This document shows positions 1-10,761 of a DNA stretch of 64,000 nucleotides, in pieces. Origin of the DNA: Methanotrichaceae archaeon (GTDB taxonomy: Archaea; Halobacteriota; Methanosarcinia; Methanotrichales; Methanotrichaceae); NCBI GenBank assembly GCA_963813075.1, contig CAWEXU010000006.1, positions 1 through 64,000 of the forward strand. Reading direction: 5' to 3'. The number at the start of each line of letters is the position of its first letter. The stretch's first letter is position 1. The notes under the pieces are model-generated. The model saw nothing but the letters and a program-made list of their open reading frames with translations. It had not been told where the DNA came from and did not search any database. Both the position numbers and the translations under genes were made by a program.

Positions 1-930
1 GCACTGATGAGCTACTACTCGGCCAGCTGTGTGATCATGGATGAGGATGTCTCCATAGAGGACGGGAAAGCGGTTGCAGACGGCCTGCTCAGTCAGTTCG
101 GCTTCCAGAAGTTCCAGTTCCGGCCGGATGAAAAGAGGAGCAAGTACTACGTCCCCGGCACTCAGATCGAGGTCTTTGCTTATCACCCGGGACTGGTCGG
201 CTCGGCCACCAAATACAGCAGCGGCTGGGTGGAGGTGGCGACATTCGGCATCTATTCGCCCATTGCCCTGTCCCAATACGATATTCCCTATCCGGTCATG
301 AACCTGGGCCTGGGAGTGGAGAGGATCGCCATGATTCTGCATAACTCTCAGGATGTCCGGGCGCTCTCTTACCCCCAGTTCCAGAGCAATTGGGAGCTCT
401 CGGCACGGGAGATGGCCCAGATGATCACCATTGATAAAGCCCCCTGCACTCCAGAGGGGCAGGCAATAGCCGAATCAGTGGTCGGGGTGTGCCTGGAGCA
501 GGGCGATACTGCCTCTCCCTGCGAGTTTCCTGCCTGGGAGGGAGAGCTCTTCGGCAGGCATATTCAGGTCTCGGTGGTCGAGCCGGAGGAGAACACCAAG
601 CTCTGCGGACCGGCTGCCCTCAATGAGGTCGTGGTCCATAAGCAGAACGTCATGGGCATCCCCCGCACCTCTCGCTGGGAGGAGGCATTCAATGAGGGAG
701 TGACCACAGGCATTCGATTCATCGATTCCTTTGCCGCTCTTGCTGCCTATGAGGTCGAGGTGGCGGCCATGAATGGCCAGGAGTCTGAGACCAGAGCGAG
801 GATTGTGAGAAGCCCGGCGGATATAAACATCAAAATCCACCCAGCTCTGGAGAGGTACATCACCAGCTACAAGCACAAGATGGACCTGAGGGGACCGGTT
901 TTCACCACGGTAAAGAGCAAATTGATCTGA
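1..930 (+). CDS. sepS: O-phosphoseryl-tRNA(Cys) synthetase, C-terminal part (gene starts before the window)
   Basis: Motifs [21 protein letters not shown] and [14 protein letters not shown] are typical of SepRS. Confidence 0.93.
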   Translation, partial: ALMSYYSASCVIMDEDVSIEDGKAVADGLLSQFGFQKFQFRPDEKRSKYYVPGTQIEVFAYHPGLVGSATKYSSGWVEVATFGIYSPIALSQYDIPYPVMNLGLGVERIAMILHNSQDVRALSYPQFQSNWELSAREMAQMITIDKAPCTPEGQAIAESVVGVCLEQGDTASPCEFPAWEGELFGRHIQVSVVEPEENTKLCGPAALNEVVVHKQNVMGIPRTSRWEEAFNEGVTTGIRFIDSFAALAAYEVEVAAMNGQESETRARIVRSPADINIKIHPALERYITSYKHKMDLRGPVFTTVKSKLI

Positions 931-931
931 G

Positions 932-1633
932 GTGATCATGAAGGACGCATCATCCAATGCCGCTGCCAAGAGGGAGGCGGGCGAGGCGGCGGCAGAGCTG
1001 GTCAGGAACGGCATGGTGGTGGGCCTGGGAACGGGCTCCACCGTCGCCTGGACGATAAAGAGGCTGGGAGAGAGAGTAAGAGAGGAGGGGCTGGACTTTT
1101 ATGGCGTTCCCACCTCTTTTCAGGCCGAACAGCTGGCCATCGAATCAAAAATCAGGCTCACCAGCTTAAACCAGCATCCAGTTCTCGATCTGGCCATCGA
1201 CGGGGCAGACCAGGTGGACAGAGATTTGATGGTGATCAAGGGGGGCGGAGCGGCTCATACCCGGGAGAAGGTGGTATCCTGCTCGGCCCGAACTTTTGTC
1301 ATCGTTGCCGACCAGTCCAAGTTTGTGGAAAGGCTGACCTGGCCGGTGCCGGTGGAGGTAATTCCCATAGCTTTTAGGCTGGTGGAAAGGCTCCTCGATG
1401 AGATGGGGGGCAAACCCGTGCTGCGACAGGGATTGAGGAAGGACGGACCGGTGATCACCGATAACGGCAACTTCGTTATGGATGTCGACTTCGGGACAAT
1501 CGAGGAGCCATCGTCTTTAGCGGCCAAAATCAGCCCTATTCCGGGTGTTGTGGAGCACGGCATATTCGACAATCTTGATGAGCTGTATCTCGCCCGGGCG
1601 GGCGACGTGGTGAGAATTAGAAGAAAGGATTGA
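932..1633 (+). CDS. rpiA: Ribose-5-phosphate isomerase A
   Basis: [26 protein letters not shown] and VITDNGN motifs. Confidence 0.96.
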   Translation: MIMKDASSNAAAKREAGEAAAELVRNGMVVGLGTGSTVAWTIKRLGERVREEGLDFYGVPTSFQAEQLAIESKIRLTSLNQHPVLDLAIDGADQVDRDLMVIKGGGAAHTREKVVSCSARTFVIVADQSKFVERLTWPVPVEVIPIAFRLVERLLDEMGGKPVLRQGLRKDGPVITDNGNFVMDVDFGTIEEPSSLAAKISPIPGVVEHGIFDNLDELYLARAGDVVRIRRKD

Positions 1634-1685
1634 TTACTATTAAATAATAGAGGAACGTAACTCATCTTTAGAGTTGATATTAAAT

Positions 1686-1838
1686 ATGGCAAAACCTATC
1701 AGGCTAGGATTGGTTCTCGAAGGTGAAGCTGCGAAGGAGTTCTGGAAGAACGAAAAAGCCATTGAGTTTACCCCAAAACAGTTGGCCCTGTTTAAAGAAG
1801 CCAAGAAGATTTATAGAACCAATCGCAGCCGACTTTAA
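1686..1838 (+). CDS. 50-aa small protein, putative antitoxin of the downstream GNAT (not in the ORF track)
   Basis: Hand-translated MAKPIRLGLVLEGEAAKEFWKNEKAIEFTPKQLALFKEAKKIYRTNRSRL; its stop overlaps the GNAT start (TAATG). Confidence 0.7.
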   Translation: MAKPIRLGLVLEGEAAKEFWKNEKAIEFTPKQLALFKEAKKIYRTNRSRL

Positions 1839-2383
1839 TGGGCAAAGAAAAGATCTCACCAGAGGAGCTTAGCATCGAGCCCTTAAGTGCTAGATTTAAC
1901 TTGATGCCTTTCGATTCAGGCGATAAAGATCTAAATGAATTTTTGAAAGATGATGCGCTGGGCGAACAGCAAATCCTCCTTAACAAGACACATATCTGCT
2001 TTTGCAGAGATCGTGTAGCAGGCTATATTGCACTAGTCGCAGATTCTGTTCGAGTGGATCGCCTTGATGATGGCGAATGCCTAAATGCCAGCAAGTATCC
2101 TGTATATCCATGCCTCTTGATTGCTCGGCTTGCCGTGGATATAAGACTTCATGGTCGTGGACTTGGGACCTATTTGCTTCTGTTTGCCATAGGTGCAGCT
2201 CTCGATGGTCCGATAGGATGCAGATATTTGGTCGTGGACCCGAAAAAGGATTCAACTAAATTCTATGAGGATTTCGGATTCAGGTATCTGAAAAAGAGCA
2301 ACAGAATGTTCTTGAATATTCGGGAAGCTGCCACTCAGCTAAAACCTCTTGAATCGTTGGATCCTTGGATGGATGAGGAATGA
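1838..2383 (+). CDS. GNAT N-acetyltransferase, AtaT/TacT toxin-like
   Basis: FDSGDKDLNEFLK N-terminus, LIARLAVD..HGRGLGTYLL acetyl-CoA motif, FYEDFGF. Confidence 0.85.
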   Translation: MGKEKISPEELSIEPLSARFNLMPFDSGDKDLNEFLKDDALGEQQILLNKTHICFCRDRVAGYIALVADSVRVDRLDDGECLNASKYPVYPCLLIARLAVDIRLHGRGLGTYLLLFAIGAALDGPIGCRYLVVDPKKDSTKFYEDFGFRYLKKSNRMFLNIREAATQLKPLESLDPWMDEE

Positions 2384-2465
2384 TTAAGGATTGATGGAGG
2401 GGGTCAAAGGAGATGAGCCTTCCAGGTAAGCTTTCGGGGCTGGTTTGTTGTAGCCCCGAGATCTC

Positions 2466-2783
2466 TCAGGGCCTCAGGGAATAGATCCTTGACCGTCCTT
2501 TCTTCTGTACATTGATTTTGCCTTCCCGGCCCAGCCAGCCCAGTGCACCGTGAACATCTTCCGTCCGCAGGGCGGAGGCGCTGGCCAAATCTCTGGCCAG
2601 CATCGGGCCCTTCAGATTGAGCAGGTCCCAAATGATGCCGGCATTGATGCCGAATACCTGATCCACAGACTCCTCTGTCATCCCTCCTCCCCTCCCGGTC
2701 GCTCTCTTCGGTTTGACCGCTACTGCTTCGGCCATCCCTTTCTTCTTCCTGGACCTTGGTTTCTTCATAGTTTCATTGGCCAT
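2466..2783 (-). CDS. Small winged-helix protein (DUF2582-like)
   Basis: FGINAGIIWDLL...VHGALGWLGREGKI pattern. Confidence 0.75.
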   Translation of the reverse strand: MANETMKKPRSRKKKGMAEAVAVKPKRATGRGGGMTEESVDQVFGINAGIIWDLLNLKGPMLARDLASASALRTEDVHGALGWLGREGKINVQKKGRSRIYSLRP

Positions 2784-3170
2784 CTTTTATATCCTCCAAT
2801 ATGTATCCTGTTTTTAATAGGACTTCTTTGAATTTAAGGTTTTTCTGAACCAAAATTGCACGTATATACCGATCCCGGCCCAAAAGCAATAAATACCGAG
2901 CACTATTACCTGATGGCTCGTAATGGTTCTGCATAAAGGATGCAAGAGATCTATGGCTGGCGATTTTCTCGAGGGCTATTGCCTTTCTTCTGCCAGGCTG
3001 CGCTCTCAAGATAATAATCCTCCTGGAGATATGACATCAAATTTCCCTGGGTGGATTCCTGCCAATTCCTGCGGGGCATTAGTTGCTGGCAGATCTCTGT
3101 CGCTGCCTGACAGCAATCTCTAAATATTCAAATGAAGAATAGAACGGGAAGAATTCGGAGGTCTTAAATC

Positions 3171-3740
3171 ATGCTTGATCGATTCAAAAATTCTATGATA
3201 CTGTTGATCGCCTTTTTCATGGCTATCTCTGCCCTCTTTGCCATCGCCCTGGCGGAGGATGATAGCGGCAGTCCTGAGCACTCTATTGGCTCGGACGATT
3301 CAGATTGGTGGACCACATACCCGGACAAAAACGTCAACTCCGGCTCTGCCGTCGATCACCCGGATTGGGTCCTGGAAGCTCTGGAGGAAAAGCCCCTGCT
3401 GATCCTGATTCACCAGAACAACTGCCTGCCCTGCAAGACCCACGTCCCCAGGATCAATGATGCCGTGCAAGCCTTTAAGGACGATATTCTGTACTACGAC
3501 ATTCTGGCTGAGGGGGACGGCTTTAAAAAGGCTCTGGAAATCCTCGATGTCTATAACCCCACAGGAAAGAAGCAATATGTTCCCACCACCATCTTCCTCA
3601 CCCTTATCGAGAACGAGGATGGAGAGGTCGAGGTGGGCTGGCATAGCGAGATCGATATCATGAGCACGGACAAGATCGAAGGCTATGCAGAGGATTCCAT
3701 TTATTACCACGAGCAGAATGCAGCCGACTGGGAGCAGTGA
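3171..3740 (+). CDS. Exported thioredoxin-fold protein (copy 1)
   Basis: Signal peptide, CLPC motif, YVP cis-Pro loop; overlaps the next gene. Confidence 0.8.
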   Translation: MLDRFKNSMILLIAFFMAISALFAIALAEDDSGSPEHSIGSDDSDWWTTYPDKNVNSGSAVDHPDWVLEALEEKPLLILIHQNNCLPCKTHVPRINDAVQAFKDDILYYDILAEGDGFKKALEILDVYNPTGKKQYVPTTIFLTLIENEDGEVEVGWHSEIDIMSTDKIEGYAEDSIYYHEQNAADWEQ

Positions 3741-5308
3741 TCGGCTCAATGGCAGTGAAAGATGGGACCGGTGATCTGAAAAGGCTGAGCAATCTGAGCT
3801 CTAATCCTGTTCAAATCCTCATTTTGCTATTTTCCATCCTCACTTTATTCTCAGTCCTATCCATTTCCCTAAATCTATTCATCAGTCCCGCACTGGCGGA
3901 TGAAGTGCAGGCTCCGGACTTCAGCGCTACCAGCTGGGATCAAAAAAGCTTTAATCTATCCGATTTCCGGGGATCCCCGGTCGTCCTGCACATAACCAAC
4001 ATCGAGAACCCGCTTTGCATCGAATGCGAGGAGTCTCTGGTGGGGCAGGTAAAAGAGCTGGCAGCCCTCAAGGCTTCTGACCCCAGCGTTCAGATAGTCA
4101 CCCTGAATCTGAGGAAGAACCCTTACTCCATGGACGGCCGGGAGCTGGCAGAAAGCTGGTGGGAGGTCAATATAACCTGGCCCTGGACTGAGGACCTGGA
4201 CCCCTATCCCATAGGCAGCAAATACCTGGACTACTGGACGGTGAGAGGCGGCTCCTCCAATCCCACCATCGTCCTTATCGATAAAGAGGGCAGGATCGGC
4301 CCGGTCTACCATGTCTACCGGGTGGGTGAGGGGGTAGAAGATGGGGTGCAGAAGGCGGACAGCCTCCTGGATGACCTGCAGGATCTAAATGAGAGCATAC
4401 TACTCGGGCAAAGGGGCGCTTCCTCGACCGGTGGGCAGGATGCCGGCCCGGAGGCGGAAACCGGTATTCTCTCCACCCTCTGGGCCAGGATGGAAAATGA
4501 GGTCTCAAGAAAGGATGTCACCACTCTTGGCATGTTCCTTCTGGGGATCTTCACCTCCCTTGCCCCCTGCTCCATCGCTCTGATGATCGCCGTGTTCTCT
4601 TATGTGATGACCGTTCGCAGGAAGGACGAATACCTGCGAGCCAGCGCCTCCACCTCAAGAGAGGGGTTCATGATCGGCATCGCCTTCACCCTCGGCATGG
4701 CGGTGGTCTTCTTTGTGCTCGGCCTGTTCATATCCCAGGTGGGGGTCTTATTCCGGGACTCGAAGATCTTCGACCTTCTGGCCGGGGGGATTATGGTCCT
4801 TCTTGGAATCAGCAGCTTCAAGCCCCTGGGGGAGATCATCGAGCCGGTCACAACTCGCATGCGCCTGAGCCGACTCCCCCGTTCCCTGAATGACGCTTCC
4901 GGTGAGGGCTCAGCCGAGCCCCTGGAGGAGAAAAAGAGCCTGATGCAAAAGGCAGTGGAGTTCTCGCTGAACCTCTTCCGCTATTCCGCGTTCATCGGTG
5001 CCTTCACTTTGGGGATCTTCTTCGCCCTGGGCTGGGCTCCCTGTGCCCTCTCCATGGTGATGCCGGTCCTGATCTGGCTGGCAAGCCAGGACGTCGCCCC
5101 CCTGGTCGGCGGGACGATGCTCTTCTTCTTCGGCATCGGCCACGGAGTGCCCATCATCCCCATAACCACCTTCTCCAGAATGGTGGGCGGCAGGATCGGG
5201 GAGAAGTACGTATCGGTGGGAGAGTGGACCAGCAAGGTCTTCGGGCTGCTGGTGATCCTGGTGGGCCTGGTCTATGCCGCCAGGTATTTTGGATTTTTGC
5301 TGTGGTGA
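3737..5308 (+). CDS. Redoxin (TlpA-like)-CcdA/DsbD membrane fusion protein (copy 1)
   Basis: APDF..LSDFRG redoxin domain with CIEC; transmembrane domain with LAPCS and GWAPC cysteine motifs. Confidence 0.85.
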   Translation: MIGSMAVKDGTGDLKRLSNLSSNPVQILILLFSILTLFSVLSISLNLFISPALADEVQAPDFSATSWDQKSFNLSDFRGSPVVLHITNIENPLCIECEESLVGQVKELAALKASDPSVQIVTLNLRKNPYSMDGRELAESWWEVNITWPWTEDLDPYPIGSKYLDYWTVRGGSSNPTIVLIDKEGRIGPVYHVYRVGEGVEDGVQKADSLLDDLQDLNESILLGQRGASSTGGQDAGPEAETGILSTLWARMENEVSRKDVTTLGMFLLGIFTSLAPCSIALMIAVFSYVMTVRRKDEYLRASASTSREGFMIGIAFTLGMAVVFFVLGLFISQVGVLFRDSKIFDLLAGGIMVLLGISSFKPLGEIIEPVTTRMRLSRLPRSLNDASGEGSAEPLEEKKSLMQKAVEFSLNLFRYSAFIGAFTLGIFFALGWAPCALSMVMPVLIWLASQDVAPLVGGTMLFFFGIGHGVPIIPITTFSRMVGGRIGEKYVSVGEWTSKVFGLLVILVGLVYAARYFGFLLW

Positions 5309-5335
5309 TGGCAAAATGAGGATGGTGAAAACATC

Positions 5336-6705
5336 TTGACAATGCTGGAAAGCCTGCAGGAGATTGTCGGGGAGAGGGTCTCCTCCTCACAGGCGGAGAG
5401 ATGCTGCTACTCCTCAGACGCCTCCCAGGTTTCCGGCCGCCCTGATTTCGTCGTCCGGCCAGCTAATACCGGCGAGGTCTCCCGAATTCTGATGCTATGC
5501 AATGAGAGGGAGGTGCCGGTTGTCGCTCGGGGGCGGGAAGCGGGCTTGCCGGTGGGGCGTCGCCGGTTCGGGGGGGCGTAATTCTGGATATGTCCGGAAT
5601 GAATCGCATTCTGGAGATGGATCTTGAGAACCTGCAGGTCATCGTCGAGCCGGGGGTGGTGGCAGAAAAGCTCAATCGGGCTCTTGCCCCTCACGGATTC
5701 TTCTTTCCTCCGGACCCGGGCAGCAGCGCCTTTTGCACCCTCGGGGGCATGATCTCCTATAACAGCAGCGGCATGCGCTCGGTTAAATACGGCACCACTA
5801 AAAATTATGTCCTGGACCTCGAAATTGTGCTGGCGGACGGCAGGGTGATTCATACCGGCTCCCGGAACCTCAAATCCGCAGCCGGATACGACCTCACCCG
5901 GCTGTTCGTCGGCGCAGAGGGAACCCTGGGCATCATCACCCGGGCCGGACTGAAGGTTGCCCCTCTGCCCAAAGAGAGGAGGCTGGTATTAGCCAGCTTC
6001 GAGAGCGCAGAGGCTGCCGGCCAGGCGGTGATAGCGGTGTTCTCTCAGGGCATAACCCCATCCGCCTGCGAGATACTGGACAGGATCTCTCTGAAGGTGC
6101 TGAAGCTTGTCGATCCCGATCTTGCCCTGCCGGACGACGGGGACGTGATACTCTTCGAGGTGGACGGAACAGAGGCTTCGACCGCAGAGGCTGCAGCGCA
6201 GATCGAGGAGGTCTGCCGGCCGATGGCCATCACCATAAAAGCGGCCAAAGGCGGTGAGATGGAGCCCATCTGGGCGGCGAGGAGGCTGGTGGGAGCGGCC
6301 ATTTCTCGCCTGGACCCCAAGAAGACCAGGATCTATATGGGCGAGGACGTGGGGGTTCCCATAAAGCAGATTCCGGCACTGATTAAAAGGGTGCAGCAGA
6401 TCACTGCGGGCCTGGGCATACCGGCGATGAAGTACGGCCATATCGGAGACGGAAATCTGCATGTCGCTCTGTTCATCGATGTCAATGATCCGGATCAGTG
6501 GGAGCGGCTCAGGACGGCAGCGGACAGAATCCATCGAGCAGCCCTATCCCTGGGGGGGACGGTCAGCTCCGAGCACGGAATTGGCCTTGCCCGGGCGGAG
6601 TATATGACCGAGCAGGTGGGGGAAGAGAGCATAAATCTGATGCGAGCGATAAAGAAGGCTCTGGACCCCAGGGGGATACTCAACCCCGGCAAGATGGGGC
6701 TGTGA
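5336..6705 (+). CDS. FAD-linked oxidase, GlcD/D-lactate dehydrogenase family (frameshift near 5530-5580)
   Basis: [57 protein letters not shown]; split across ORFs 5336-5581 and 5590-6705. Confidence 0.88.
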
Positions 6706-6712
6706 TTCTGAT

Positions 6713-7823
6713 ATGAATAAGATCTCTCCCGATCGCAGGAGTTCCAGGCATCCTGTCAAGGAACCTGAACTTATAGATCTTGAGGCGGTCAATCAGTGCG
6801 TTCGCTGCGGTACCTGTCGCACCGTCTGTCCGGCCTTCCTGGAGGCTGGTTGGGAGTCGGCCAACACCCGAGGGCGGATGATGATCATAAAGGAGCTCAC
6901 CTCGGGGCGTCTTCAGACGGATGCAGATGTGCACAGGAGCCTTAACACCTGCACCACCTGCGGCCTGTGCACTGAGAACTGCCCGGCAGGCATCTCCCCA
7001 CCGGATATCATCGAGAGGGCGAGAAGGTTGCTTGCCATTCAGGGAAAGATGACTCCGGAGCAGGATGCTCTCAGCCGGAATATCTTCCAGAGCGGCAATA
7101 CCTTTGGCACAGGGGACGACCGGCTGGCATGGCTCCAGGACAGGAGCCTGGTCAGGAAGAAGGCGGATTATGTCTACTTCGTGGGCTGCATGAACTCCTA
7201 TCGCTACCAGGAGACGGCAAAGCGCACCTTCTCCATCCTCTGCCGATTTGGAGCCGCACTGCTGCCAGGAGAGCAGTGCTGCGGCTCGCCCTTGCTTCGG
7301 ATGGGATTTGATGCCAGTGAACTGATCGAAGAGAACTCGAGGCAGATCAGGGAGATTGGGGCGAGAACGGTGATCACCGGCTGTGCAGGCTGCTATACCA
7401 CCCTGAAAAATAGCTATGGGAATCAGTTTCAGGTATTGAGCGTGCCCGAGTTTCTGGCCGAGCACATCCTGGAGTTGGATATAAAGCCCCTGGATATCAC
7501 TGTGACTTATCACGATCCCTGCCACCTGGGCCGGCACAACCGGGTCTACGAGCAGCCGCGCCAGGTCATAAGGGCCATCTGCCGCCTGGTGGAGATGAAG
7601 ATCAAACCGGAAGGATGCCCGGTGCTGCGGTGGAGGGGGCGGGGTGCGAGCGGGATATAAAGATCTCTCATTGCAGATGGCCAGGAGGAGGCTGGCGGAT
7701 GTGCCGGATGATGTGGACTACATTGTCACCTCCTGTCCGCTGTGCATCAGGAATCTGAGGGATGGGGGAGGAGGAGAGAGGGTGATCGATCTGGTGGACC
7801 TGGTGGGAATGGCTATGGAATGA
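6713..7823 (+). CDS. GlcF/HdrD-like Fe-S protein with CCG domains (frameshift near 7600)
   Basis: Two CxxCxxCxxxCP motifs, [14 protein letters not shown]; the second CCG domain continues in another frame to a TGA at 7823. Confidence 0.85.
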
Positions 7824-7878
7824 TGCGGAATAAGCTGTCATAATGCATGATGAGCTGTCCATGGATGGAAGCCATCCA

Positions 7879-8675
7879 TCATGCCGGGATGCTACTCTTT
7901 CGGTAGAATATCTGAAATCTTTCGCCGTTCTCTTCCACTCTATATCCCTCGTAGCCCTTCCGGATAAGCTCCCTTTGGCCATCGATGTTCGAGCAGGCAA
8001 TTCCGATCTCATCTCTCGCTGGCAGCTTCGTTGCAGGCGGTCAGCCGGCTGGTTCCCTTCTTGTAAAGGATGTATCTCCACCAGCCACGCGAACTTGGGA
8101 ATCAGTGCCCGGACCGTGAACCCGCAGGAGAGGAAGTTATTCAGGCTGACCGGATTTTTCGGGGATACGGTGCAGCAGATGTGCTCGTACCCCGAGCTTT
8201 CCAGCACCTGTAGGTGGGCTGCGGCCAATTCCCGCTGCAGGCCATAGCCCCGGAAATGAGGGTGGACGGCGATGGCCTGGAGGTGGGCGAGTTTTTTCAG
8301 ATCCTCATCCGCCGAGGTTTAGATCCCGGCCCAGGTTATCTTTCTCCCATCCCTGGATAGCGAATTATGCTATAGGCGGCAAGCTTTTCCTCTGCCAGGA
8401 CCCCCAGAACGGAGAGGTCCGTCTGGAATATCCGGCTGGAGGTACTCCTCATCATGGGGCATGAAGATTTCAATCTCGGGGAGGGCGCTGACTACTAAAG
8501 ACTGCAGGGCGGCCAGGTCTGAGAGGGAGCTCTTGGCAAGAAACCTCATCTCCAGGCTCTTGCCCCGTCTTACGAAGCTGCGGGGATAGGAATCCGCCAT
8601 CTCTCTATGGCCGGTCAAATGCTCATGTCTCGAATGCTCTTTTTCTTCCATATTCAGTTCTCTGGAAATGAGCAT
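7879..8675 (-). pseudogene. GNAT-family acetyltransferase, fragmented by several frameshifts
   Basis: Fragments LAALQSLV..., AVHPHFRGYGLQR (minus strand, ~8235-8272) and CCTVSPKNPVSLNNFLSCGF lie in different frames; ends approximate. Confidence 0.6.
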
Positions 8676-9339
8676 GATCAGGTCCCATGATATTCATTTA
8701 GCCCTTTAAAGTTTGCCAGAAATCTATTTAGCTCTGTCCGGAGTTGAGCCCGCCAGGCGAATAATATACTAATTATAAATTCATCGGCAATCTTGTTTTA
8801 AACAAGGATCTCATGCCGGTTTTTCATTCTACATCCGAGAAAATTCGTATCTCCTAAACCCTTCAACGGCTGGCCTCCAATTGTATCCAAGCCTCCCCGG
8901 CGTTGAGGGGACCCCGTTGGCCGCGGCCAGCAGGCCGACTCGCGGCGTGCACAAAAAAAACAGTCCGTGTAGATCAATCTTAGCCTTGATAACAGCCCTG
9001 GATTCGAGAACTCAACTATGCTGACGTTTGAGATCCTTCGAGCTTCTTAAAAGCAGTTCAAACTTTCACCTGGGTCCGCCGGGCGAATTTTCCCTTTAAT
9101 ATATCTCAATGCAAAACCATCAACCTATCATTCCGATCTCTCTGACTTTGGGGAGCCCATGTTGCCTGTGTCCCGAAGGGCCGACTCGCGGCGCCCACTG
9201 AAAAGACTGCCTGCACATATCAGTGCTAACCTTAATCCTGCCCAGATTTGGGAAATCAACTGAAAGAGATCACTCTCATCAAAATAATCCTAAATACAAA
9301 GGCAAGTCCGACCGGCAAGCTGCATCCTCCGTTAAGCGC

Positions 9340-9639
9340 TTACTTCTTCCTGGATTCAAAATATCTTTCGTACTCCTTTATGAGGGCCTCTTCATACAGA
9401 TCCTCGATATCCTCGGGAATGAAATTCTGCCTTCTTACCTCCCTGATCATTTCACGGCCCTCAATCTCCTCTGCCGTCATTCCCTTCTCGAAGTAATCGT
9501 GAAATAATTCTTCCAATCCTTTTACTTCCATAGAGCACTTTCCGACCTTGACCTGGCGGCATCCTACGGTCCACTCGTAGTAGCAATCCTTCTTGCCGTT
9601 CTTCCTGGCCAAAACCCCATCCATTGATATGTTAATCAC
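9340..9639 (-). CDS. Small conserved hypothetical protein, paralog of 19592-19894
   Basis: Shared RQ(V/I)xVG...GL(E/D)E...NFI..Y..A...EY.RY pattern. Confidence 0.7.
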   Translation of the reverse strand: MINISMDGVLARKNGKKDCYYEWTVGCRQVKVGKCSMEVKGLEELFHDYFEKGMTAEEIEGREMIREVRRQNFIPEDIEDLYEEALIKEYERYFESRKK

Positions 9640-9652
9640 ATCCGAATTCCAT

Positions 9653-9952
9653 TTAGAAAGTATAAATCCGACTTCCCTCTGCCATCATCTCCTCCACCAG
9701 GAGCTGGTAGAAGTCCTCCGGCACCCTCACCCCTTCTCCCGCCTGCACACCTCTCGCTTCCAGGTCCTCTTTGCAGGCTAAAACCCTTCCAGGCCATTTT
9801 CCCATGAGGGCCTCATCCAGAAGATTATAGACCCCGTCTCCCGCCAGATAGAGAACGGGATCTTCACTGTGCTCCATCAGGCGCAGGCACAGCTCTGTCC
9901 GTTCACACTTAGGCGGCCTGGTCAGAAAGAAGATTTCCATTTTATCCCACAC
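9653..9952 (-). CDS. DsrH/TusB-family sulfur relay subunit
   Basis: LYLAGDGVY and ACKEDLEARGV motifs; adjacent to DsrE/F-like genes. Confidence 0.8.
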   Translation of the reverse strand: MWDKMEIFFLTRPPKCERTELCLRLMEHSEDPVLYLAGDGVYNLLDEALMGKWPGRVLACKEDLEARGVQAGEGVRVPEDFYQLLVEEMMAEGSRIYTF

Positions 9953-9955
9953 CTA

Positions 9956-10297
9956 TCATAAAGCTATGAAACTATCTGCTGCCCGGATCAGCTCCAAGAA
10001 CTCATCCTCATCCACAAGCTCCACTCTCTCCACCAGCCCCTGGCTCAAGAGGCCTCTCTCCGCCAGGGAGGGCTCGTGCGCCAGGACCCGCAGCTCGGGA
10101 TAGGCATAGAGGATATCGGAGAGGTTCGGCACATCAAGAAGGCTGGAGTTCTGGCCGGCAAGGGCAAGATATACCCCATCCGCGTACAGGCCTAGTGTTG
10201 CATCCATCCTGATGCTAACCGCTGCCGCATTGAGCACGCCATATGCCTTTTCGCTTCCATAGGGAGCGCTGTCAAGGAGATAGAAGATCGATCGCAT
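9956..10297 (-). CDS. DsrE/DsrF-family protein
   Basis: APYGSE, LYADGVY and SLAERGL motifs. Confidence 0.8.
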   Translation of the reverse strand: MRSIFYLLDSAPYGSEKAYGVLNAAAVSIRMDATLGLYADGVYLALAGQNSSLLDVPNLSDILYAYPELRVLAHEPSLAERGLLSQGLVERVELVDEDEFLELIRAADSFIAL

Positions 10298-10340
10298 GAA
10301 AAGTTAACCTCACTCCCTCATAACCTCATGATTTCATGAT

Positions 10341-10385
10341 TCATCCTGACAGTGCTCATCTTGACAGTGTTCATCCTGACAGTGC
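10341..10385. repeat. 3x 15-bp tandem repeat reiterating the last codons and stop of the dsrE-like gene
   Basis: TCATCCTGACAGTGC / TCATCTTGACAGTGT / TCATCCTGACAGTGC. Confidence 0.85.
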
Positions 10386-10739
10386 TATTACCCGGTCGCT
10401 CTTCTCCAGCATCTCTGCCAGGTCGTAGAGGCTGGTGATCTTTATCCCCGGCAGGTAATCCGGGCATGTTCCGTCCTCCTCTGCCTGATAGCCTCTGGCA
10501 GCAGCGCATCTGGCGCAGGCCCTGACCACAGCTCCTCTATCCGCCAGCTCCTGGAATTGCCTGCCGGCATTTCTAAATTGAGAGGGATTCTGGCCGCTCT
10601 TTGGAATATGGACTGCATCCAGATAGAGGAATATGTTCACCTGGAATAAATTGAGCGCCCGGGAGGCGATCTTATAGGTCATATCTGCATTCTGGGAGAT
10701 ATAAGGCCCGTCTGTGAGGATGATGGTCAGGGTCTTCAA
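10371..10739 (-). CDS. DsrE/TusD-family sulfurtransferase
   Basis: GPY, IFLYLDAV and ACARCAAARG with the catalytic Cys region. Confidence 0.85.
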   Translation of the reverse strand: MKTLTIILTDGPYISQNADMTYKIASRALNLFQVNIFLYLDAVHIPKSGQNPSQFRNAGRQFQELADRGAVVRACARCAAARGYQAEEDGTCPDYLPGIKITSLYDLAEMLEKSDRVIALSG

Positions 10740-10761
10740 CTAGCTCACCGGCATGGCATCT

